From Octopus sinensis (Eukaryota), in the NCBI RefSeq assembly GCF_006345805.1, contig NC_043007.1, positions 40,796,001-40,860,000 on the forward strand: a DNA stretch of 64,000 bases. Reading direction: 5' to 3'. The position numbers were made by a program, and so were the translations under genes. A model generated the notes under the pieces. The model worked only from the letters and a program-made list of their open reading frames with translations, did no database searches and was not told the DNA's origin. The number at the start of each line of letters is the position of its first letter. The stretch's first letter is position 1. This document shows, one piece after another, positions 51,700 through 64,000 of the stretch.

Positions 51700-53558
51700 T
51701 GACACATTGTTGACAGAAAACAAAACACATGAGCTCTGCAGTCAGTTACAAAATAAAATTACTCATTAAAAAAGACAGTAAGATTACTGTTGAAGCTAAA
51801 AAGATAAAAGCGTTGAAGCTAAAAAGATAGAAAGAGAAATAATAAAACCTTTTATTTAAAAAAAAGATTTAAAAAGGAAGGTTATGTGCTATTTCATGAA
51901 TATAATCACAGATATCTGTACTGCTGAAATTTTCCACTAGACTTTCTATAAGTTTCGCAGTATCACGGTAGCAGATTTTTGTAGTTCCAGGGTCCCTCCC
52001 AGAGAGATATTCTTCTATTTGAGCATCATTAAAATTTTGCTCCTTCTTAAAACAATCAATAAATTTCCATATATTTGGGTGGTGAGCAGCATCTTGGACC
52101 TGGAAAGCCCTATGCCATCTTTCCACTACATTATTTGCTTTTGGTAAATTTTGCAAAGCCGCATCATAAACATTCCATATTTCATGAACAAATATAGGAG
52201 GCCTTCGCATATTTCTCCGTCCAGGGCGGCTGATCCATGTATCCTCAAAATAATCTATTACATCTTGAGCTTCGCCAGGAATAATATTATCATCGCATAA
52301 TGTCTCAAATGTCTCGGTCACTTTTCCAACTGAAATAAATACTATGACTGACAACATCTGAGGCCTCAAAGCAAATCCAGAATTTGTTTCGTATAATCTT
52401 TGGAGACCATTTCTCTGAACTGAAAATAATACAGTTTGACGGACGTGAAAAAACAAAACGCCCCCTGAGTTTTACATTTGGAAATTCCTTAACGAATACA
52501 TTCTGCATAGACATTTCGAAGTCTATCGTTACAGTTGAAGGTGCACAGGATGGCTCTATTTTTTTTTCTGTAAAAGCTGACTATAAGTTTCCTTAGATTT
52601 GTTGGGTAGTAACGCAAACACCAGCGGCATTGAAGCTTTTTCTCTTAAACCATGCAAAGTATACAGCTGGTGAAACAAGAATGGAACTGTCTTGAATGTA
52701 CCATCGGCAAACCATTGATTATTTTGTGAAAGTAAGTGAAGCTTGCGTTTAATAGCAAAAATTAGTATGCGTTTATAACTTTGACCTGAACCATATAATA
52801 AGAATGTTTCACCTTTAAGGTATTTTGTGTATTCATCCGGAAAAATTAATTCATTGCAAGTCTATGGTAAGGCTAGAACTGCATTATTTTGTTGCCTCAT
52901 AAAACGTACCGTTATTTTAAGACTTTGTGTCAACGAGATTCTAGACACAGCAACATCGCTACGACCTTTGAAGGTGCTAGATATTATTGATTGTGGTGTA
53001 TAATTAGTGGTTCACGCTATCTGCGTTATGTTTATAACAGTTTCTGTAGATTCAACTTCCGTAGAATATATTGTATGAATGAGGTCATTAACGAGACTAG
53101 TTATTTCTTCCTCTAATGTTGTTACACGAGCACAGCACTAATATTTGCGAAAGTTATCACACTTCCAGTAACTCTTGGCTTTAGTCTTTCTATTTTACGG
53201 AATAAATAACCGCCATTAGCTAATTTTCTTTCGTTGTTTCTCTGTTTCCATATATTGAAGAACCATTGTATGGGCTTCAGAGTACTGCAATTTTAACCAG
53301 TTTTCTCATAGAATTACGACAAAGCCTCGAAAAAATGCTGAGAATTTTGAAATTGAAAGATGCTGTTATTGATACATATTGTTCTATGTAGGAAAAACAA
53401 ATTGTCATGTAGTGATAGTTAGGTCATTACAAAAAAGAAGTTTATAAGTGCTCGTTTAATGCTAACAGCTCTTTGTATCTCTCTAGTTTTATCTGTCGAT
53501 AAATTATTGTAGATGAATTGTTGCAGACGAATCGTTGTAGACGAATTCACCTGGAACC
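51700..53558 (-). mobile_element. MULE (Mutator-like) transposon remnant in intron 2; left boundary approximate
   Basis: IDYFEDTW...WNVYDAALQNLPKANNVVERWHRAF...HPNIWKFI; terminus ggttccaggtgaattcgtctac with subterminal gtagacgaat-type repeats. Confidence 0.75.
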
Positions 53559-53638
53559 ACGACGACATCCAGACAATATTTGAATTCTCTAGAGTAATCA
53601 ATGCTGCCTTTGACTATAAAGTATGTTTATTTTCACAG

Positions 53639-53869
53639 TGGGACCTGGTTTGTGATAGACAAGGACTGGCGGAATTAACTCAAACGTTTTATAATTTGGG
53701 TCAAGTGCTTAGCGGTCTGCTAACAACATGTTTGATCGAAAAGTTCGGGAGAAAACCACTCAGAGTATCAAGTCACATCATGCTGCTAGTCTTCAATTTA
53801 ATTGCAGCATATTCTCCGTCGTATTGGGTGTTTACTGCAATGAAACTTTTGACTGGAGGCGTTCGTGAG
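53639..53869 (+). CDS. SLC22 gene B exon 3
   Basis: cacag|tgg and gag|gtaat. Encodes WDLVCDRQGLAELTQ...IEKFGRKP...AYSPSYWVFTAMKLLTGGVRE. Confidence 0.95.
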
Positions 53870-53907
53870 GTAATTGTTTTATACACATTTTTACACACAC
53901 TCACACA

Positions 53908-53947
<40 letters not shown>

Positions 53948-53964
53948 CACGCAATACATATGTT

Positions 53965-53995
<31 letters not shown>

Positions 53996-54019
53996 CTGTA
54001 TGTATGTATATATATATAC

Positions 54020-54413
54020 ATATATAGCTGAAGTTGTCTCTGTGTGTGTATGGCAGGTTTGGTAGCCTTCAACTAACACTATCCCCTCCGAGACCCTGCG
54101 GCACAAGTTGACCAAAATTGAGAGTATGAAATCGGACCATGTTAAGGCCAAAAACTATTTACATCAAAAAGGTGATGTTTTTCTATGAAAATCCCCATGT
54201 TTCACGATTTTTTGACTGCTGTCTCACCATTTTTCGGTGTATTTCAACCAGGAAAATGTTCACTTAAAGAGAATAACAAGATATATAATGCAAAAGTTTT
54301 ACTTTTCCAAAAAGATGGAAACTATGTCAAAACTTTGTTGACGCGACATCAAAGTCTGTCATTTTAAGCGCAACTAAAAATCAAACCCGAGCAACGCCGA
54401 GATATACTGCTAG

Positions 54414-54415
<2 letters not shown>
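54020..54415 (-). mobile_element. Short non-autonomous Helitron-like repeat (tentative)
   Basis: Minus-strand start actagcagtatatctcggcgttgctcgggtttg and end acacacagagacaacttcagctata; (TA)n flanks. Confidence 0.35.
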
Positions 54416-54461
<46 letters not shown>

Positions 54462-54809
54462 CTCCCATTTGAATATGTCGGCTACGTCCTAGCAGACATA
54501 AAAAATTACGAGCTTTAAAAATTTAAGTTCCTTTCATAAGTACGAAGAAATTTATAAACATTAGTGAGGTGTTATCTACGAAAGAAAGGTAGACTTCAAA
54601 CATTGGCAGTGCAAGCAAGCGTGCATTTTGCACCAATAACGAATATGAGTGTTATTCTCATAGTAACTTGTGCAGTATGATTTGTTCTAACAGAACATCC
54701 AAGTTTAAATGGGGAGAAATATTACCTCTTAATATTTATTGTCAGAGAAGTCATATCAACTATCTGCAATATTTTATCGTCATTCAATGTCTTTTTCTTC
54801 TCTTTTCAG

Positions 54810-55012
54810 ATATATTTTCTTAGCTCTGTTGCTTTGGTATGCGAACTATACCCGAAGGAAAAACGTATCATTATGTCTGGCATATTTATGTGTTGTTGGG
54901 GATTATATAATACTACTCTCGGTTTGATAGCCTACTTGTTGAAGGATTACGGTTGGAATACGTTATTCTTGTTTAATGTTGTCATCTCGGGATATTTCCT
55001 AGTGGATTACTT
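54810..55012 (+). CDS. SLC22 gene B exon 4
   Basis: ttcag|ata and tt|gtaag. Encodes IYFLSSVALVCELYPKEKRIIMSG...YLLKDYGWNTL... Confidence 0.92.
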
Positions 55013-55298
55013 GTAAGTAAAAAGATCGCCAACGATTCACATGTGGTTACATTTTTAAATGACCAGAAGGGAATGGATGATCAATGAAATTCCAAATTAG
55101 TCTGATTTCACGTTTTATCATTTGCAATTGTTTCAGATTTACAATTTCACAATATTGAAATAAACTAGTAATTTCATGCGTTATGCAGTCATCAGCTTTA
55201 TGTAGTGACAGTCATGTTCCACAATTGACAACTGTATGTATGTAATATGTACAAAGAAATACACACACGCAAGCACACACATGTATATATATATATAA

Positions 55299-55363
<65 letters not shown>

Positions 55364-55715
55364 ATATAGAGGGCATTATACATACATGCCAGATGGCATT
55401 ATACATACATGCCACACGCTAAGAGGGACAATTAGTCATTTCTACCAAAAATATTACTAATCCCACCGATTTCTCTTATGAGGTTTTCACGCTATCTACC
55501 TGACAATTTCTTGTTAAGTTTTCCTTATTAAGTAGTTGTCCTTAATTGCTAAATTTTTATTCCGAAAAAACTTTTCCTTTCCCGAAATGCAATTCGTAAA
55601 AAGTCTGACATTTACAGGATGTAATATATGTAAACTCACCCATGTGCTTCGTTGATGTTGATCAGTTAGCTGATCGGCTTAAGCGAGGCAGGGTCGTTTA
55701 TGTATGATACATCCA

Positions 55716-55761
55716 GGCCTGCTGATGAATACGTAAGTATGAAATCACTGTGATACAGGTC
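55716..55761 (+). ncRNA. Type I hammerhead ribozyme (predicted), sense strand of intron 4
   Basis: GGCCUG CUGAUGA AUAC(GUAA)GUAU GAAA UCACUGUGA UA CAGGUC. Stem I has 6 bp, stem II has a GNRA loop, stem III is AUCA/UGAU, and cleavage is predicted after A55755. Confidence 0.8.
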
Positions 55762-56031
55762 TATATTTTTTAAATGTCTTACTTTGAAAAATTGCATTCG
55801 GTGGGATTAGTAATATTTTTGGTAGAAATGACTAATTGTCCCTCTTAGCGTGTGGCATGTATGTATAATGCCATCTGGCATGTATGTATAATGCCCTCTA
55901 TATATAAATTAATATGTTCAATAAGAAATAATTATTTTCGAAATTTTTTCTCTTATGAGGTTTTCACGCTATCTACCTGACAATTTCTTGTTAAGTTTTC
56001 CTTATTAAGTAGTTGTCCTTAATTGCTATAT

Positions 56032-56067
<36 letters not shown>

Positions 56068-56072
56068 AATAT

Positions 56073-56133
<61 letters not shown>

Positions 56134-56491
56134 ATTTATATATAGAGGGCATTATACATACATGCCAGATGGCATTATACATACATGCCACACGCTAAGA
56201 GGGACAATTAGTCATTTCTACCAAAAATATTACTAATCCCACCGATTTCTCTTATGAGGTTTTCACGCTATCTACCTGACAATTTCTTGTTAAGTTTTCC
56301 TTATTAAGTAGTTGTCCTTAATTGCTAAATTTTTATTCCGAAAAAACTTTTCCTTTCCCGAAATGCAATTCGTAAAAAGTCTGACATTTACAGGATGTAA
56401 TATATGTAAACTCACCCATGTGCTTCGTTGATGTTGATCAGTTAGCTGATCGGCTTAAGCGAGGCAGGGTCGTTTATGTATGATACATCCA

Positions 56492-56537
56492 GGCCTGCTG
56501 ATGAATACGTAAGTATGAAATCACTGTGATACAGGTC
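56492..56537 (+). ncRNA. Second identical hammerhead copy
   Basis: Same sequence as 55716-55761, shifted by 776 nt. Confidence 0.75.
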
Positions 56538-57434
56538 TATATTTTTTAAATGTCTTACTTTGAAAAATTGCATTCGGTGGGATTAGTAATATTTTTGGTA
56601 GAAATGACTAATTGTCCCTCTTAGCGTGTGGCATGTATGTATAATGCCATCTGGCATGTATGTATAATGCCCTCTATATATAAATTAATATGTTCAATAA
56701 GAAATAATTATTTTCGAAATTTTTTCTCTTATGAGGTTTTCACGCTATCTACCTGACAATTTCTTGTTAAGTTTTCCTTATTAAGTAGTTGTCCTTAATT
56801 GCTATATATATATATACATACATATATATAAAAATATGTACCTCCCCAATAATATTAACTATAATAGCCAGGATAGAGTAACTACCTCCAACCCACAAAA
56901 TTTAGACAAATATAACACTACCAAAGATAAATATCAAAATAACAATAAGAAATAAGAAATATTAAAACTACGATAAGGCAACCCATAAAAAATCATAATA
57001 GACATAATAACAACAACAACAATTATAATAATAACAATAATAAAATCATTAGTAATAGAAGTAAAAATTATAACAAAAATAATATTATTAAATATAAAAA
57101 TAAAAATAAGAATAATAACAGAGAGTTTACACATAATATAAGTAACCCTAATAGGAGAAATAATGAAATAGATACTATATGGCTAATAATCCCTTTCGCT
57201 ATACAAATAACATAGTAAAAACCATTTTTAGTTTAATTAAACATTCTACAAATGGAAAAAAAATGTTCGGAGATAATCAATAACAAGACAATAAGAATAA
57301 GATATAGTCAAACACATAACCTAGCTACCATCATCTCCTCAATTAATAATAGAAACCTGGACACCTTCTATCTAAGTAGACAAAATAACAGAAGTAATAC
57401 AAACATAAATAATAATAATAACAACTACAATAAT

Positions 57435-57469
<35 letters not shown>

Positions 57470-57471
<2 letters not shown>

Positions 57472-58025
57472 GCCCTGATGCAGTACCAGGCAATGACTCT
57501 CATGGCTTCTGATCTTAACTGATTGGAAGTGTTATCATGTACATTGTTTTGTCTTGGTATAAAAGATGGGCTACAGCAAATATTCTGCTCAATACCACAG
57601 ATTTGCTTGTCAGTTGTTTTACCTTAACCAGTTGAGCATGTCCCTTAGTGGCTGACGATATGTGCATCTCTGATCACGAGCAGAAGTAGTGGGGGAGCAT
57701 CATAGCCATGTGTTGAGAGGGATTCTTTGGAGTTTGAATAATTCACCTCTGGAAACATGGGTGGTTCTTTCAACATCCTTAAACAACCCTTATTCAGGGA
57801 CCTTTTGAGCGGGATGGGCTACTCAACCTGAAGAAAATTCTAACTGGGCCCCACCTGCAAGGTCATGTGCTGTTTATCTTGGTATGAGATCACCATGTCG
57901 CTCACATATGGTTGTGATGCATGTGCCTGGTGTGCCCTTATCAGACGGGTAGTCATGATGGGTATATTGGGCTTCGTATATTTTACCCCAGTGTCACTTT
58001 GATGGCATGAACTGCTCTCTCACTC
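57470..58025. mobile_element. Unclassified ~555-bp non-coding interspersed repeat inserted in (TAA)n
   Basis: GC-richer block with sharp (TAA)n borders on both sides, interrupting the Penelope remnant. Confidence 0.5.
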
Positions 58026-59170
58026 AATAATAATAATAATAATAACAGCAACAATGGAAGTGTAAATAATAATAAGAAGAAGAAAATTACCCTAACAAAT
58101 AATAATAGTAATATTAATTATAACAATAATAGTAATAATAATAATAGTAATAATACTAGCATTGATCATCACAATAGTATAAGCAATAATAACATTATGG
58201 TGATCAACAATAGCTACAGAACTAATAATATAATAACTGTCAACCCCAATAACATAACGCCTACACAGCCACACAGAACATATGATTGTAGAATAAGTGA
58301 TAATTGTGTATCTAATAATAACTGCATTAGAAAGAAGGTAGTATACCAATGTATAGTAAGTACACAATCTAACAGCAAGTTATATGTGGGTGCGACAAAG
58401 AACAATATGAAACAGAGTACTTAATTATCATAACTATACATTTAGAAACATAAATAGGAGAAATTCTACAGGGTTAAGTAGCTATGTATGGGAACTTAAG
58501 AATGGGGGAATTAAACTATAATTTAAATTATAAGCACCAGCTTATAATGCTAAAAATAGAAAATGTATGTTATATATTAATGAAATTTTCTTTATACTTG
58601 TGACTAAAATTTCGTTTATTAACAGCATTAAGGAACCCAACGACTCCTCTCTTCACAAGACTGGGCATACCTTTTCCAAATACCACTAGAACTTAGTATT
58701 AAAATACCCCTACTGACGTAATAATAATAATAATTATTATTATTATTATTATCATTATTATTATTATTATTATTATTATTGATGTTATACTGTATTATAT
58801 AATATATGATAATTATGCAGGTATATATAAAAGAGAGCATATATTAAGTTAGCTATAGTTATATACATGTATCGATGTGTGAGTATACATTACTATTGTT
58901 GCTACTTTTGCATTAATATATGTGGGTATGTATGTATATATGTATCTATATGCACGCACTTGTGTATATATATACATTTATGTATACACACACATAGGTA
59001 GGTATGTTTAATATTTTTGCTGCTAACTTTAACAATTAAACATTGAGTAGCTTATAATTTACATTTAATTACAACCTACAAGTATATAAAGTAATAACAT
59101 TATCTAGTACTACCTTTTGGATTAATCAGGTTTTTTATATATAAGTTACTATATAGGTGTGTGTGGGTAT

Positions 59171-59232
<62 letters not shown>

Positions 59233-60119
59233 TTGTGTATAAAATATATATATATACATTGTATATACATATGTATGTATATAGATACAGGCATTGATAT
59301 ACAACCCCATTACAGAACCAATAAATGAATGAATGAATGAATTAATTAATTAATTAAGCGGTTGATTGATTCAATAATGGACCTAAATTTTTAGTTTATT
59401 ATTCTAATTAAAGACCTTAAAACCCGGATTTACCACCTTTATTCTATTTATAGCTTAATAAACCCCATCCCCACGCCTCTTAAATATAACATTAACAGTA
59501 ATTAACTGAATAAACGGACGGATAAATATTTTAAAGGACTGAATGGCTGATTGGTTCATTAATTAAGTGACTCGACACTATTACATAGAGTCTTGCATTT
59601 TGAGGCATTTTGTCAGATAAAATAGATTTTAAACATGATTTTAACGATAAATAACAACAATTTAGTAATATATAGGTATATATAGAAGAGGATATATGAG
59701 GATATATATTGAGATGGTTCATTAATTTAGTAACTAAACACTTGCATGGAGCATTGCAATTAAAGTATTTTATCGGAGAATACATTTTAAACATAATTTT
59801 AGCGATAAATAACAATTTAGTCAAGACTATTGAAAAGGTTGCAAGACGCAATGAAAATTTTAGGAAAATAAAAATAAGAAATAAGTGGAAATTTTACCGG
59901 TGAGTGTGTTAAATTATAAGGCAGAAAAAGAAAATCACTCTCCCCTGACACAGCAGAATATGTTTCAACACACGAACTCACATAAAGAATCTTGCAAACC
60001 AAATCCAAAAACGAAATATGTATAGAAATGTATTTATGTATATTTATGTATGTATATGTAAAAGTGTGTATATATGTATGTATTTATATTTATAACTTAA
60101 CCTTATGAACTTTCTAAAC

Positions 60120-60241
60120 TCTCTGACGAAGACCAGAGGCACACCCAAGTAACTTAATCTTATCTACTAAATACTTCAGTTCACTGAAGGGATGGAAGTA
60201 AAGTGGGATATTATGACCTCTTGGCCGAAACAGCTGTAAGA
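60120..60241 (+). ncRNA. Hammerhead-like motif with extended stem II and palindromic stem III
   Basis: UCU CUGACGA A GACCAGAGG...CCUCUUGGCC GAAA CAGCUG UA AGA. Stem I has only 3 bp. Confidence 0.5.
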
Positions 60242-60672
60242 AAGTATTCTACTTTCTAAGGTCTACGTTATATAATTTAAAAATTACTGGTATTTTTATA
60301 TATGTAAAGCATAATATGTTATACATGTATGTATATTGTTATAATTGTTGTTTAAAAAATAAATAAATAGACATAATATGTCTAAAAGCTGATGAACACC
60401 ACCTCTTGATACCCTCCATTTTCTTATTGCCGTATAAAAATATGTATATATAGATGCGTGTGTGTGTTTGAGTGTGTATCTACACGATATAAACAAATAC
60501 ACAAACGCGCAAACACGCACACACATATTATATATTAGCATGTGTGTGTGTGTACGTGCGTACGTGTGTGCAAGTGTGTGCGCGCGCGTGTGTGTATATA
60601 CTCTCACTCAGTGTTGCCCTAATACCAATACTTGAACAGAATTAACTCATATTTATGTCTTTATGTTTGTAG

Positions 60673-61008
60673 TTTTCTGAAGGAATCTATCCGGTGGCTC
60701 TTTGCCAATTCAAAAGTCAAAACGGCTAAGAAAATTATTAGGAACGCAGCAAAACAAAACAACATCGACTTTGATAGTGTCTGGAATATGACTTTAAAAG
60801 ATACCGCAGTAAAACACTCTGATGGTCACGTGAACGAAACCAGTTTTGAGTACCAAAACAGCGACTCCAAAGTCCAACAAGATGCCACAACTGTTGTCGA
60901 AGATACACAGTCAGAAACAAAGGAAGAATCCTCAATGTTTGTCAATTTACTCGCAATCTTTAAGTCACCCTATCTGAGGAAAGTAACTATCGTTGTGTCT
61001 ATAGAATG
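60673..61008 (+). CDS. SLC22 gene B exon 5
   Basis: gtag|t and tg|gtaag. Encodes FLKESIRWL (PESPRWL variant), the central loop and IFKSPYLRKVTIVVSIEW. Confidence 0.92.
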
Positions 61009-61540
61009 GTAAGTTTCACCCTATTATTGTTGATGCTATTTTACTTATTATCATGAACACTTCAGAAAAATAAGCAACGGTGTCGTTTTTTGAATCAACT
61101 TATATTGTGAGCCAATATTTTATTAAACAGATTATATTTTATATTTTAAAAAAGAACGAAGTTGTGATGTAAGAACATTGTCTTTCTAATGAGTATCTTA
61201 GAGTAACTTAGTGAAAATCAGTTCAATAAAATCAGTTCAATAAAAACCATATAAATGTTTTCTCTATATTTCTCGTTTTAACATATGCTGTTTCTTTATG
61301 CTATTTCTCTGATTTCTCTTACGGTATTAATATCTATAAGTTATCAATCAATATTATGCTATTTCAAATCTTGAAAATAACCTTATCGGTTATAAAGTGA
61401 AGTTTTCATTGACGGAATATTTCCTTAAGCTCTAACATCCATGATCAGAGATATCCATCAGACTTTTTGACATTAGGTGTGGTTAAAAGATATCCATATT
61501 AGCAGATTATATTTACATATTTTGTTTCTTTGATTAATAG

Positions 61541-61675
61541 GGCTGTAAATACAACGGCGTGGAACAGTATTTTTCAAATGCTAGAAGTTCTTGCTGGCAA
61601 CATCTATCTCAACTCTTTCATAATGTCTTTGTTTGATGTGTTTGCTATCGGGATTTACTCCGTACTAGCGAGAAG
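61541..61675 (+). CDS. SLC22 gene B exon 6
   Basis: atag|g and ag|gtaac. Encodes AVNTTAWNSIFQMLEVLAGNIYLNSFIMSLFDVF... Confidence 0.88.
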
Positions 61676-62657
61676 GTAACTGATGTTCTTATTTTTGTAT
61701 TATTAGAAGCTATAATTTAATTACATTGTTCTATAATATGGACTTTAAATCTGATAGGAGTAAACTTTGCTTAAAATCAACTGGAATTCATAGTCATAGA
61801 AAACTGATTATTCTGGATTTTAATAAATGAGTTTCTCATAACCCGAATTTGATACGGCTGCGATTCCTGATTAAAGACAACTCTTCTTCTTAACATCGTT
61901 AAGGCACTCGCAAAACGTATAAGGGTCCCGTAAGAACATTAAAATTCCAACATTTAATATTTAGAGTTTAAGTCATCTGTTGTTATTGAATGTAAAACAA
62001 AATTTTAAAACAAATAATATAAAAATAAGAAAACTCAAAATCTTTGTGGTAGACATGACAGAAATAAAAAGGGCAAATGTTTTAAAAAGTAGTTATAAAG
62101 AAGCAGATAAAGTAAACTAGAAGAGTATCGTTGATAGAGGGGATGAAAAAGATAGAATTAAAGACAAATGATATATTTCTCACTCGTTATATTATGTAAA
62201 GATGAGGTAATATTTCAGATAGGTATAGGATTGGTGAATAGTCTAAGAAATTAGTCAATAATATTAGTGGTCACTCTACATTACATATGATTAATAAATC
62301 TTTAACAATGACTTCCTACTATATATATACTTTTCAGCGATAAAACGCAGCACATTTAACTTTTCACATAACCCTTACAGTATAGTTATACTACTTCTCT
62401 ATTATGGTTTATCTGGATCCTGAAAGATAAAATCATAACACACTCAGAGAATTTCTTAAGCCATATTTTACTTCGTCGTCGAGCAACTTTTGAACCTCTA
62501 AAAAATAAACTTCGTAATGACATTTCCACTGGATTCATTAAATTCTAAGTTTGAATTTATTTAAAATTATCGATCCGAAAATACGTACGAAATTCAAAAT
62601 TTATTTTTCCCCGCAAATTGAATCCGTATTGGTAAATTTTTTGGATAATTTTCAAAA

Positions 62658-62722
<65 letters not shown>

Positions 62723-62737
62723 GTTTTTCTTTCTTAG

Positions 62738-62823
62738 GTTTGGTCACAAAATATCACTGCAATGCTTGAAATCACTTGCTGCTACGTCAGTCATCTCAGC
62801 ATCCCTAATAAAGATATTCGCAG
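62738..62823 (+). CDS. SLC22 gene B exon 7 (gene continues beyond the window)
   Basis: ttag|g and g|gtaat. Encodes (R)FGHKISLQCLKSLAATSVISASLIKIFA; ends in phase 1. Confidence 0.85.
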
Positions 62824-64000
62824 GTAATATTAAAGATACATATTCTACATTTTTGACACATATTTCTATTATTTAACTAAGTTTATATCGTATTATTTGT
62901 TCTGATGTGGTTTCATCCTTCATGAAACAACGTTGTCTGTTTTCTGAAAATAGTAGTAAGATTAATATCCATTTGGTTTACAGAGAGAAATAGAACTCTT
63001 TGCCTTCACGCGCTGAAACAAATGGGAAGGCCATACAGTGTAAAGTGTTTATTAATGATTTAAGAAGGTAATATATGAGTCCACAACTGTGACATAATAA
63101 ATAAATCCTCCTATCTACATAACGCGATAAATACTAATACCAGTGATATTTTAATTATAACTGGTAATATTTTAATAAAGTTGACATAAATGAGACAAGA
63201 AATTTAGAAGAGTAACCCTTTGTTACGATGCAAACTGACTGAAATCATACAATATAAGCAAGTTATGACTCTCTCTTTCTCCATTTCTCTCTCTATCGCT
63301 TTCTCTTCCATTTGTATAATTTTTTATCGCTACCAATGTTACTGCACATATTCTTTTCCTTATGTTACGTTCCAGTGCTGTACCATTTAAAAATATATTA
63401 TCTAAGGTGTTACAAAGTGACTATGTCTCAGATGTTATCGTTGATTTTCAAATTCTTTTTAGAATTTGGAGTCATAAAATATGTATTTCTCTTTTGCACA
63501 ACTTTCGCTTTTACTTTCTTTTCCCTCAAACCTTCCATATCATCTGTCCAACTTCTCATTTTGCCTCGTCTTATATTATGTTATAGCCAAAATATAATTA
63601 ATATCTCCGTTAAATTGTTATAAGGAATCTCAAGTTGCGGCCGTTTGCTGAATGCTTTTATCACTGTTGAATTCATACTGTGTTTAATGTGCAAAATCTT
63701 GCTCGTTTTTATTAATTCAAATTAATTTTTTATCAGACTGATGAAAAGCAACAATAATAAAGCAAAGTGAAGAACAGATCCGCGATCACTTTTGAATATT
63801 TCAGTTGAGATTCACATGAAACTGGCTTAATACCAACTCGTATTGAAGTCTGTAAGAAGTGTTTTTTCTCTATCGGTAATTTCAAAGTGTTCACCATTAT
63901 TGGCTTACCAAACTTTCAGACTACTAATATTTTGATGAACCAGTCACGAGCTACAAAATTGAAGGCCCAATGTCACATTTATTATTTTCCTGTCGTTGTG

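Larger units (their letters stand above)
55356..56805 (+). repeat. 776-bp direct tandem duplication; each unit holds a 530-bp element with 114-bp perfect inverted ends and a hammerhead
   Basis: Elements at 55369-55898 and 56145-56674; inverted arms at 55356-55469 and 55798-55911. The copies look identical by eye. Confidence 0.9.
56850..60300 (+). mobile_element. Highly degenerate Penelope-like element(s) with GIY-YIG remnant and 3' hammerhead region
   Basis: KTIRIRYSQTHNLATIIS; CRISDNC...VVYQCIV...LYVGATKNNMKQ; hammerhead-like motif at 60120-60241. Confidence 0.55.

Noticed and set aside
53513-54031. 172-aa ORF taken as a single gene
   Set aside because: Only 53639-53869 is exon; the rest is MULE end, intron and microsatellite read-through.
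55369-55898. Sola2-like MITE call (GAG...CTC ends, TATA flanks)
   Set aside because: The 22.6-kb relative has only one such end, the inverted arm includes flanking AT bases, and the conserved hammerhead points to an RNA-based element. Not fully excluded.

Overview
AT-rich, microsatellite-dense animal genomic DNA. The repeat families look like those of Octopus; this is recognition, not a database result. The host content is a tandem cluster of SLC22 (organic ion, MFS) transporter genes on the + strand. Gene A contributes its last three exons (6920-10824). Gene B contributes its first seven exons (36920-62823) and runs off the right edge. The two exon sets join in phase to 1716 nt (571 aa plus stop). 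Between the genes lie the duplicated flanks of an apparently deleted third paralog. The rest is transposon-derived: R4/Dong-type RLE LINEs, a near-complete APE LINE, CR1-like, Tx1-like and Penelope-like fragments, Tc1, mariner, maT, MULE and Chapaev3-like DNA transposon remnants, tRNA-headed SINEs, a solo LTR and Helitron-like elements. The most notable signals are: (1) a ~320-bp non-coding element family in (TA)n that carries a complete type I hammerhead ribozyme with compensatory stem changes between divergent copies, two of them sense-strand and 776 nt apart in an SLC22 intron; (2) a tRNA-head SINE ending in a minimal hammerhead; (3) a LINE whose ORF1 combines a Myb/SANT-like domain, polyQ and CCCH fingers.
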